64,000 bases of DNA from Stylophora pistillata. Its lineage: Eukaryota. The stretch's first letter is position 1. Each line of letters opens with the position of its first letter. Below, piece by piece: positions 12,135 to 24,047 of the stretch. The stretch is from contig NW_019218308.1 in assembly GCF_002571385.2 (NCBI RefSeq), positions 69,620-133,619 of the forward strand, read 5' to 3'. The notes beneath the pieces are model-generated. The model did no database searches and had not been told where the DNA came from. It saw nothing but the letters and a program-made list of their open reading frames with translations. The position numbers were made by a program, and so were the translations under genes.

Positions 12135-15100
12135 CTAAAATTTTCCTGGGGTTCTTGGCAGTTCAACCCGCTGATCAGGCATTCTTGGTTGGTTATAAAC
12201 TAGAGTTAACCTCCAAATACCAAAAATGACAAGCCCGGCCACGCATAACAAAGTTATAGCGATCAATGATGATCTACAACTCCCCCCATCTTCCGGCGGA
12301 GCCCTAGAAACAGTGTACGTGACACCACCGGAACCAGTGGATATGAACTGCACATTAACTTCAACTTCTTTCCCCCATTCTCGGACTAGATCCTGCACAA
12401 TCTTTTCAGACGGCATCCAGGCTCGGTCCCAAGTCTTAACGTCACCGACCTCGAAAGAGATCCTCCCGTAGCGGAGCCGAGTATGTAGCAGAACTGTGCC
12501 CTCTGGGTAGTACGACGGGACTGAAATTTGATTAAATGAGACATGAATTGAATAAAATGACGTTTACTTTTGAGAGGAATTGGTTTACAAAAGGTCAGAA
12601 CAAGATGGAGGTTACCTGAATGTTAAAATACTTTCGTCTTAGTTCGGAAAACGTCGTAAAGATTCTAAAAGAGGGCGTGAGGCTAGGTTTTTCTCATGTT
12701 GGCCTCAATTATTAATAGAAAAGTATGTGAAAGCCCTGTGAGCCACTAATATAATGTTGCACACGCTTTTCAAATTATTTTTCATATACAATTATTGTGG
12801 GTAATGTCACATTTACGTGAAATTTCATCTAATAAAATAGTGTTAAAAACAGTGTGAATAGCGCGCTTCAATGTTATCATTTCAAACGCCTTTGTACACG
12901 GAGATTTACGCATAATTTGAAAGAAGTTTCGTCTTCAGCTGTTTCAAAAACGCAACTCTCTTAAATCTAAGACTGTCATAATTAATTAAATTTATTTTTT
13001 TTATACCTGGATACGGACCTGGTTCTTCCAAGTCAATTTTCGTGTCTCTCTTACCAGTGGTAAATGGCACTGAATCAGTGGCATTCTATGATAAAACGAG
13101 AACAACGTTTTGCTGACTCTGACCAAGACACTACAATTACAGATATCAGTTTTTGTTCATTAGATGTCATCAAACAATAAATTTAAGTCTCATCGAGTGT
13201 GTCTTGATGAAGGTTTTTGTGATGTGTGTTTCTTAAGTTAAAGTATACACGAATTTTGATTGGTTCCTACTTATGATTTGTTGGAGGACAGACGAACAGA
13301 TGAAGTCAAACAAATAGATTCCTTGTTGCCGTGGGTCTGTTCGGTTATATATTATGGACAACGTAAAAACGTGGTTATAATATAGACGACACACTCAGCT
13401 GTGCTTCGTGTGCCTCTTATTTGTTTTTGCAATCATCGGTTATTGACCTCAGCCGAGCAAACGCAATGCAGCATGGAATTCAAAAGTAAAATAGATCAAA
13501 GATGAAAGTTTCCATTACATATATCATTTGCGTCCTCTTTGGGATAACCCTTGATGCTTTTCAACGGCTGTGAATGGTGGATTTTCTTCCTGACTGTTTA
13601 ACATAGATGTTCTTTTTTCTTCTGAAGAATTATTTTATTGATACAGAAAAACTCATTCAAGTTTCTCATACCTCCATCCCTAATGGTGGCTTTGGTTGTG
13701 GCATTGGTTGTAGCTTTGGTTGTGGCTTTGGTTTCGGCTGGTATTCAAACTTCTTTCCTGTTTTGCTCGGATCGAAGTAATGCAGCAATGCTTGCTCATG
13801 GATTTCCCTGTGTTTCATGTTCCAGGAAAAGATGAAGCTCTGTCTTCCGTCAAGATATTCCTCCCCGAACTGCGAAGCCACTTTTCTCCGTGCCCAACGC
13901 GAGATCACATATCTGTCTTCCTCGTCTGAATCTTTGTAGTTGCTGTCTCCACCGATGACTATCAAAACCTTGCCTCCTTGGATAACAAAACGAATGAACT
14001 ATCTTGAAAGCCGTGTTGTGTGACTGGTGCTAATAAACTCACTGAATGCAAACTGCACCTAATTTTACTAAAAAACACACCTTTACATCTATTGAATATC
14101 TGCATCTGACTAACGCAATACCCTCAGCCTGAACCCTGATTTAAATGTCTTTACGATCAAAATAAAGTATAATTTTCTGTTAAAAAAAATAGGAAAAAAG
14201 ATTAACGAGGGATAATCGAAGATTCTTTAAAGAAACCTCGCTCCCTTTCACAGCCTTCTGTTACGATCTTTTCTATACCAAGTTTTCAGTGGAAGTAAAT
14301 TTTATTATCTCCGCGTAAGCCTGCCTTTACAATTGAGTTATTTTCAAGTATTATTTTCAGACATCAAAGTTCATTCCGAGAAACCGTGCATTACAAAATC
14401 ATGGTTTTATGAAATTAAAACTCGAAGAGAGGCCGGAAGTAACTTCCGCTTTTGGTTAGTTAGAACGTGGACACGAACCAAGTGTTTACCACGAAAGAGA
14501 GAGTTTTTAATACTGAGAAACTAACTTTGAAAGTCAGTCATACCAAAGGTTCGCATCTTGCCTTTCATAAAAAGAGTAAAAGATGAAAACTCGACTACCT
14601 TGAGAGATACAGACCTGGTCATGCTCGGATATATTGTTTCCTTTGTGTTCCTCATGGAGAATAATATGAATCACAAGTATAGGCATTATAAATGCCAAAC
14701 AGCCACAGTTCTCAGTCTCGATGTATCGTTTGTTTTATCAGGGGGCCTAAAGATATTTAAACTTATCCACACGAGTTTATATCGTCATACAAAGGAAAAA
14801 TTACATCTTTATCGCTCTGAAAAGATCTGATGCAAAACACTATCAACTTGATCGTTTCGACTCACCAGTCGCTTTCAGTAACGCTCTGTAGATCTTTGCG
14901 TAACCAATTCCAGCGTTGTCTTCGTTGATTGAGAGCCGTGATTCATGGGCATTGACAGCAAAAATAGCAAAATCCATTTGTAGTCCGGGAATAACTGTCT
15001 CGCACATTTGTGTCATTTCGTGCAGCCGAAAATTGCGCTTGCCTACAGCAAACCGCATCTTCGCATCTTTTTGCACAGTAAGAAACAAGGATTCTATCGG

Positions 15101-15166
15101 GTCCAAACTACAAGTATTATCGCAGTTAAAAAGATAGATGTTGATCAGTTTTCCTTTCATTTCCAT
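12135..15166 (-). CDS. Family gene 3: TIR-like domain + C-domain + single transmembrane helix (~356 aa)
   Basis: Exons 15166-14866, 13976-13672, 13085-13007 (alternative donor after 13055), 12520-12135; phases consistent. Hydrophobic segment LIAITLLCVAGLVIFGIW. Confidence 0.8.
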
Positions 15167-15779
15167 AGCAATTTTCTTTCAAATAATTTCACCAACGAAC
15201 AGGAAAGCAAACTTTTCTCGAAAACAGTCGAACAAAACCTATTTGCTTGTCGTTCGCGGAATACGATTTCCCAGAATATTGCGTTACCCCCACTTGTAAC
15301 CAAACCTTTTTGATGACGTGTACGGCAATGGCATGTAAACACTGTTTGTTTTTCTACCTCTCATCCCCAACTGAAACGAGTGGTTATAGATAAATATCGA
15401 TATTTCATTTTAAGTGCATTCAAATAAATGCAGCTGAAAAGGCAAGCGTGGCTAAAAATTCAATTACTGCTTTTTTCTTTTTTTTTTTTTTTCCATCAAA
15501 CGACTTTATAAGCCTTCTCGCGAGCACAACAAAACGCACACCGTGAAGATTACAGATTTCAGTCAAATGTATCGTAAAACGTCTGACACAAGATCACCGA
15601 CAAATTACGAAAGAGAGCAAGCTTACGACAGTTAAAATCTACGATTTTTTAAGATAAATAATCAAACAAATACATATATAACCTTTATTTAAAATGACTA
15701 AGAAACGGCTGCTATCTTGTCAATATTTCTTGCATGGACGAGGATGGTTATCAAACGAAAGCAGATCATAGAAAATGTC

Positions 15780-15890
15780 ATAACATCAGGTTAACATCAG
15801 GCTAACATCAGGCTAACATCAGGCTAGCATCAGGCTAACATCAGGCTAGCATCAGGCCAACATCAGGCTAACATCAGGCTAACACCAGGT
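15780..15890. repeat. 10-bp tandem repeat (TAACATCAGG/C)
   Basis: About 10 copies visible. Confidence 0.9.
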
Positions 15891-16762
15891 CCCTCTCATG
15901 ACGTCTGAGGTTCAGATGGTGTCTTTCCCGCTCCCCTATCGGGAAGCATTCACTTACAGGAGGGTCTCAATGGGGTGCTGGCTTTTACGGTTATCGGCTA
16001 AAATTTTGGCTCTTTTACGGCTATCGGTTAATTTTTTACAGTTACGGTTAACAAAAAAGTTAAAAATTAATTCCTTTGGTTCCAAAAGGTTAAATATTAA
16101 TAAACCTGTGTTTTTTTAATCTTTAAAGCAAAATAAAGGTGTTATGGTCATCTCAGGCTTAAATGAGTTATTCTTTTGAAAAAATTTAATAGTTGATAAA
16201 TCATACCACTTCTAACATTATTTTACGCATAGAATTGTGAACTACGAAAAAGGATTCAATACAAGGCCATACACAACTTAACTTACGTCATGCATTCTGG
16301 TGGCAAACAGGTCACCACTTGTAGGAGATGTGACCTGTTTGTCACATTTCCGTGACTCTTAGACTCACATTTCAAAGTGTCGGAGCCAAGCTGAGAAGCA
16401 CGGCTTTGAAGATCTTTGAATATGAGATTTTTCGATCTCATGCTCTTTGTTTTAAACTGATAGAAAAAAAGTTTAAGCTATTGCCAGGGAACTAACATTA
16501 ATTTTCTTTTGAGAGGGATGAAATTGAAACAGTATTTTACTCTTTCTAGAGACTAAATTTGTTTTTCTTTTTGAAATTGTTGCTCTTGGTAAGCTATTGC
16601 AGTAGTTTCTTCTTTAATAAGGGCCACCTTTGGTAAATGAAGCGTTGGTATTTATGTAACTGAAAACCGGCAGGAGTTTGTTTCATCTAAAACAGCTCTA
16701 GAATGAACGTAATGAAGAGCTTCAGTGTTGTGGAATTTGTTCGCTGGGGCCGATATTATGTA

Positions 16763-19700
16763 TTACGAAGAATGTTTGTTAGGATTAGGATTGATTTTTT
16801 TTGAAAGCCAGTCAAAAAAAAAATTTAAAATCGACAGTATGAAATACGAAATACAAACAAGGTAATTCCAGCCTAACTTCAAGAAGCCCAGGATACTCGT
16901 CAATAGGATAGCACGCAACCAAACACAAATACTCTGTGGTTGCACACAGTAAGAGATCCCTCCGTTAGCTTGAGCGACAAATGTAATATTCGCAAAAGGT
17001 CTAAATTTCCAATCGTTCGATAAGCAACGAACAGTTGCTTCCGACGGCTGCCAGCTGTGATCCCAGACCTTCACATATTCTTCCTCATAAGAGATTCGTC
17101 CAAAACGCATGACTGTTTCCAGCAGAACGGTACCTTCGAGAAAGTCCGGTCGGGAGTCTGGCCCTAAGATTAGATTAAAAACATCTGTAGATAAATAAAA
17201 ATAAACCTTGCTGAGGATTTCCGACTTGGATTGATGCTAAGGAGATGGGGTTAGGATTATGCAATAGAATTCGGGTACAGTAATAGCACTTAAGGCTTCA
17301 CTTGAAGCCGTATTTCCTGGGGATCGTGCTTAGAAATAGGGACTCAAGGCTAGCTTAGAACTTAGAGGTTGTGTTGGAGAACTTAACACTTAGGACCTCG
17401 TGTTTGGAGCTTAGAATGGTAGACTGGAAAGGAGGTGAAAGAGAGTTTTGTACCAGAGTATTTTGTCGTAACTTTGTATCATAAGACGTCCCGAATTAGA
17501 AACAGCAATAACAAATGGTGGTTAGCATTCAGTGTCATAAGCATGAATTATGGAAGGTATATTTTAACAATAGTTCAACATATAAAAAGAGAGTGGAATA
17601 TTTCTTAAAGCAGCTACTCTATGATATATTTCAAAAAATTGTTTCCGCTGGGTTTTTGGCGTTATCTTCAGTAATAATAGTTTATCAGTTATAGATATGC
17701 TTGCTTCTCATCACGGTGAGTAGAAAGTTAAACATACATTTCAGATAAATAGTCAATCTGAACTTAACCATTTTTCTAATAAGTTAGAGTGCCTCTTTAA
17801 TAAGGGTGCTGATCCTCTAAGAAATAGTTTTACTTCCAGAATTGGATTCCTGGAGCAAAATTGTGGACTCACTTTTTCCTTCTTTCTGACCAGTATGCCT
17901 TCTGCGGGTTCCTGGAGGAGGTTCTTTGTAATCATAAATATCACCCTAGAGGATAAATAACATTAACCTTCATCAAATTTGAATGAAGAAGGAAAAATAG
18001 TGGAATAAACAAAAGAATAATGAATAAGTGGAGCAAAGGATGAGTTGGATGAGCAAATATAGGAATACTGGCTGAACATGTTGTAGAGGGTCTAAATGCA
18101 TGTACTCAGTGTTTTAGCAAACCTATATACAATTGAACTCACATTGAATAGACACCAGTGAATTGACGTGATGCCTCATCAATTCACCAGTGAATTGATG
18201 TGTGTAATTCAATGCCTCATCCTGAATAGTCACCCAAGGAGTAGCTAGTTAAAACTTGCCCTCTTTGGTGCATGTCCCAAAGTTGTCGATTTCTAATTAC
18301 CTCAAAGTATTGAAATTTTGAAAATATGCAAATATCCAAAGAGCAATGAAGTATGCGGACTAGAATCAACGAGTAAAATAACATACGAATTTCGATCTCA
18401 TCGTTTTCCGGCAATGGTTACGTTCTTTTCTCAATATTAAAGTAGCGTTTTGAGCCATGTGCCTGAGGATTATAGATTAGCACAAATTAGTGCAAAAATA
18501 CACAAATTTTGATCAGTTCCTACAGAAGGACAGAAGAACAGAAGAAGTCAAACAATTAGAATCCTTTTGGCAACGTAGAAAATGTGGTACACTCAGCTGC
18601 GCCTCGTGTGCCTCTGTTTAGCAGTCATCGGTTATTGATCCCTGACCAAATGCATTGTAGCATGGGATACAATGGTAAAATAGATCCAAGTGAAAGAAAA
18701 ACTCATGGAAGTTTCTCATACCTCCATTCCTGATGGTGGTTCTGGGTTTAGCTTTGGTTGTGGCTTTACCTGTGGCTTTGGTTGTGGCTTTGGTTGTGGC
18801 TTTGGTTGTGGCTGGTATGCGAACTTCTCTCCTGTTTTGCTTGGATCAAAGTGATGCAGCAATGCTTGCGCGTGGATTTTCCTGTATTTCATGTCCCAGG
18901 AAAAGACAAAGCTCTGTCTTCCGTCAAGATATTCCTCCCCGAACTGCGAAGCCACTTTTCTCCGTGCCCAGCGCGAGATCACAGATCTGTCTTCCTCGTC
19001 TGAATCTTTGTAGTTGTTGTCTCCACTAATGACTATCAAAACCTTGCCTCCTTGGATAACAAAATAAATGAAATATGATGAAAACCGTTTAGTGTGACTA
19101 AAATCACGTAATTTTACTTAAAAACACACCATTATACCTATCAGATAATTACATCTGACTAACGCAATACCCTCAAACCTGATTTGAATGTCTTTACAAT
19201 CGAAAATAAAGTATAATTTTCTGTTAAAAAAATTATCAGTTTTAAACTGAGAAAAAGTTATCCCAGGGGCAGTCCTAGATTCTTCTAAGACTGACTGTTT
19301 TATGAAACTACAGATGGGAGACACTTCCCTCCCTCTCCAGCACACACATTGAGTAATTTAGCTAAATGGCTTTGTAAATAAGTCAGGGTGTGATTAAATC
19401 TCTGAATGAAAATTGCACAAGATTTGAAAAACACCATCAAGTCCGTGGTAAGTCTTTCTCTGATTGACGCTGTACCCTCAAGCCTGATTTAGATGGCCTT
19501 AGGAAAAATAACCAATGATTCCCAGAATAAAACAATGGAAATTATCTCCATAGCCTTAAAATTGTGGAGAGATACCTATTAAGGACTTTTCAAGATCATA
19601 AGAAAAATCTAAATGTCTGATTTTACTTTCACAGCCTTTACGTATGATCGTTGCTATACCGAGTTTTCTCAGTGGAAGAAATTTAATAATCTCCACGAAC

Positions 19701-20547
19701 ACATGCCTTTAGAAATGTCTATGTTTATATTTTCTATTATTATTTTCAGACATCCAAGTTCTTTCCGAGAAACTGTGAACTATAAAATCATGGTTTTGTG
19801 AGACTGAAAGTCGAAGAGAGGCCGGAAGTAACTTCCGCTTTTAGTTAGTTCTAACGTAGACACGAACTGATTGTTTTCCACGAAAGCGAAAGTTGTTAAT
19901 CTTGAGGAACTGGCTTTGAAAGTCATTCATACCATAGGTTCTCGTCTTTCCTCTCAAGAAAAGAGTTAATGTTGAAAGCTCAACTACCTTCAAAGATACA
20001 GATCTAGTTATGCTTGGATATATTGTTCCCTTTGTGTTCCTCACTTAGAAAAAAATACGATTCACAAGTATCGGCATTATAAATGCCACGCAGCCACAGT
20101 TCTCAGGTTCGTTGTAGAGTATCAGAGGTCTAAAGGATATTTAGCCTAATCAGAGTTTATATCGTCATTAAAAGGAAGAGGTATGTCTTAATCGCTCCCA
20201 AAGGATTTGAAGCCGAACTGTTATCAACTCGATCGTTTCGACTCACCAGTCGCTTTCAGTAACGCTCTGTAGATCTTTGCGTAACCAATTCCAGCGTTGT
20301 CTTCGTTGATTGAGAGCCGTGATTCGTGGGCATGGACAGCAAAAACGGCATAATCCATCTGCAGATCGGGAATAATTGTCTCGCACATCTCTGTCATGTC
20401 GTGCAGCTGAAAATTGCGCTTGCCTATAACAAACTGCATCTTCACGTCTTTTTGCACGGTTAGTAACAAGGATTCTATTGGATCCAAACTACAAGTATTA
20501 TCGCAGTTAAAAAGATAGATGTTGGTCGGATCTCCTTTCATTTCCAT
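16763..20547 (-). CDS. Family gene 4: TIR-like domain + (QPKP)n linker + C-domain + hydrophobic tail (~380 aa)
   Basis: Exons 20547-20247, 19050-18722, 17945-17834, 17163-16763; phases consistent. Confidence 0.8.
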
Positions 20548-23149
20548 GATATTTTCCCTTTCAAACATTTCAAATACGAACAAGAAAGCCAACCTGTCTT
20601 GAACACAGCCGAACAAAGTCCATTCGCTTGTCGTTCCGGGAAAATGAATTCTTAGAATATTGCGTTACCCAAAATTGTAACATAAACTTTTTGTTGACGC
20701 TTAAGCCAAAGGCATGTAAGCCCAAGTTTTAATATAATCCTTCGATGAAACCAGTAAAAAAAATACGAATAAATCTTACACATATGGTTCTATAAAATCC
20801 TTTCATCTCTGGATAAAGAAGCAGCTTAAACCCTTAAAACGACATTATTGAACGACAATCATGAACTTCATATATTCATTGTATCTGATTATTGGCTTTC
20901 TCGAAAACAAAGCTGCGGGTACCGGGTAGTTCTGAGATTACAGTCAAGTGTATCCTAAATCATCTTTGGCTACATCACTGTAAAATTCTGAAATGGAGAA
21001 AGCTCACTGCTTTGAACAGGTGCGAGTTGGTAAAAGGCAAAACTATTAATCATATTTCAGAACCTGAAGCAAGCAAGCCGTCGGCATCAGACCAAGTTCA
21101 GTTTGAAAAACTCTTTTTGTAAATTTTCCAAATATTTCATTACCTTAGGACGCCCATGTTGTTTTGTTTCCGGCATCAGTGAATGGCACATTACGAACTG
21201 GAACTTATAAATTTGCCAGCTGTTGCAGGAAAGATTCTCTTACGAAAAAAGGAAAAAGAAAGTGGCTTCACAAGCGCGACACAAATTCCTCGCCGTAGTC
21301 TTAACACAGAAGTTGTCCGTCTGCTTGTGCTTGCCTCTCTCTTTTACAAGTGTATGCTCAGGAGATCGGGGTGAGGGGGTGGTAGAAAGGGGGGGGGGAG
21401 TTGAGTGAAATTTTCGGGTTGCAGGAGGCATATTTATGAAGTTAAGAAGAAACAGTGTCATTCTTGTGCACGTCGATATATGGGTTGGTGCATATCCTTA
21501 CACAATAACGTTCCATATCTGAACAAAGGCTTCGCTTTCCGCCTTCGCAGAAAATGTACTGCCCTTTTTCACACCAAGAAAATATTCTCTCGATCATTTA
21601 AGTTTTCTTTCATCTGCCTAATGACAGTTTTTGAAAGGTAGCAATAGCCTTTTGAAAGTTTTTATCTGCACTCGTGAAAGTTACTTCAGAGATGAGCATA
21701 CTCTGTATAGCTCAGTATAAGTGGTTTGCAACCAATCTCTAGAGACACAGTCAACAATGGTGAAAGGAACAAATGCTGGTGGACGAACAATAGGAGGTAA
21801 TGAGATAGCTATTGTTTACGTCTACCAACATGGCGGCAATGCCGTAACGTGCAAACCACCTGTAGGAAGTAAACCCCTACCCTACGCACCCAAAAGAACA
21901 TCGAGGAGATGCTAGCATACGGATCTCGCCATTCAGCCGCTGTGTCCCCAAGATTAAGTGAACTACTCCACAATTTGAGTGAAGTAAAGATCTTTATTTT
22001 AATTTTTTTAGATTTTGAATCATGCTGTGAAACTCGAAAACAAAACTCACGCTAACGAAATGGAAATCCTGGGCTAGAACTTAGTAAAGAACACGTTATT
22101 TTAGGGGTATCGAATGGTCCCATTCAATTTACAAGTGCTCGCAAAATTTGGTCTTCGCTCGAATTGCTCGCAAAAATTACACGGGTGCTCGCTTGCTCGT
22201 GCTCGCAAAAATTTTTGCAGTTGCTCGCATGCTCGCATTCTCGGTAACATGTGCTCGATTGCTCAAAATTTCGTTAATCCCGCTTTGTAGTTATTTTTAT
22301 TCACATATAAACGATAAATCAGTTATGATATGGTTAAAACAAGACATCCCCACCTCCGGCTTCAGTCTTTCTTCAACAGTTCAGCCTGTAACTGTTTTGG
22401 AGGCGCCGTATGCTTTACCAGAAAAAACGCACGAAGCTGCATGACAAGGATTTCGTTTATTGATTTATTCTTTATCATATGTCTTTGTCACAGGCTTTCT
22501 GCTTAAGAGGGGTACAGTTTCGCAGTTCAAATATGTGATAGTTCATCTGTTCACTTGTTTCTTAGGCTATTAACAAGTACCCAAAAGATTTCCTTTCTGT
22601 TAATACTGGTTTTGCTTTTTCCCTCAGTAGATTCGCTTTCATAGCTTGAAGCTAGCCTTACAATGGTTGTTTCTTTTCCCGGGTATTTTATCCAATGACT
22701 TAAGCCTTCTTTCGCTTGAGCAAGTGAAAACGAGACTGTAACACGATCTATTTACCAGGAAATTCTGATAGGAAGTTTGACATAACGGGAGGTGACATAA
22801 TCTCCTGTGGAGACAACATTACTTGCGAACCTTTGTTGATCTAAATTCCCATTTATTTGAGCAAATTATCATGGTTTGTAGACATGATGGATTTTCTAGT
22901 GTGCAGTGAGAAATAAAACGGACGGAGTCATAATATTTTGAAACAGTGTACTCGGATCGCATTTTGTAGCGGTTCTTTCAACCTTGGAAGCTTCCTGGCC
23001 ACAAGTAATAATAACTATTAAAATCTGATGCCAAGCGGTGGCATATGAAACCCGATTAATGGTATCTATTAAAAGCAATAATGCATCAACCGTGTCATTA
23101 TTTACAAAGAATGAAATATAAAACAGATTAAGATAGAAAATACAACTAA

Positions 23150-23550
23150 CTATTAATGGCAGACAATGTTAAAAAGACATCTATTTACAAAAGTGGATTT
23201 AAAACGTGAAGTACGAACTCTAGGTAATATATAATCATGGCCCCTGCTGCGTAATTGCCTAGTACGTCTCGGCGGTAAAAGATCATCAAGTGCAGTGATA
23301 TTTGAAGTGATCTTGATCCATAGTTTGCTATCTCTGGTGGCTAAAATATCACAAATACTATATTTCTTCAAACAATATCCAGACTTAAAAGCCCTAGCAA
23401 ACAGTTTGTCTATTCTCTTAAGATATTTATCATAATAACAGCAACCCCACACCTCAATAGCGTATGTGAAGACTGAAATAATTAGGCTTTGGAAGAGCAG
23501 ATCTAATTGCTCCTTAGGGTAGCCATAAAATCTACAAACTCTTAATATAA
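23150..23550 (-). mobile_element. LINE 3' fragment (reverse transcriptase C-terminus)
   Basis: ...IEVWGCC...LRSRGHDYILPRVRTSRFKSTFVNRCLF is a typical non-LTR ORF2 end. Confidence 0.7.
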
Positions 23551-24047
23551 GACAAAATAAATAACAACCCTCGGTCGTTTGGGCTTTACCGGAAATTCTT
23601 TACTGAAATGTTGCTTTAATCATTTTGATTAACAATTAAAGGCCTAGCCAAACGAGGAGACATGTCTAGAAACTTAATGCCTCCATGTCGTGCGGAAGCA
23701 TGAAATGTAAGAATTCTTCTCGAAAGGCACCCGCGAAGGTAGAAAGTAATCTGGAGAAATACTANTATTACTAGTACTATTTGACCTTCACAGCTACNAC
23801 TAACTAGAGCTTGTCACATCTGTAAGGCTGTAATTGGTTAGATTCTAGAAGCCTCCAAATAAATAAAGCTTCATTGCGATGAATCTTTTTCAGTCGATCA
23901 GCAGGTGACCAGTTTGCCCATCCTCGAAACCGAAGCTCAAAATGCTCGTTAGACCGAATGTGACCTTATGTACATTTCATAAGAACTATAAAACCAAAAA
24001 GAACATACCATCCATTTTAGCGTCGGGTTAGAAAGAGATGGAAAACT

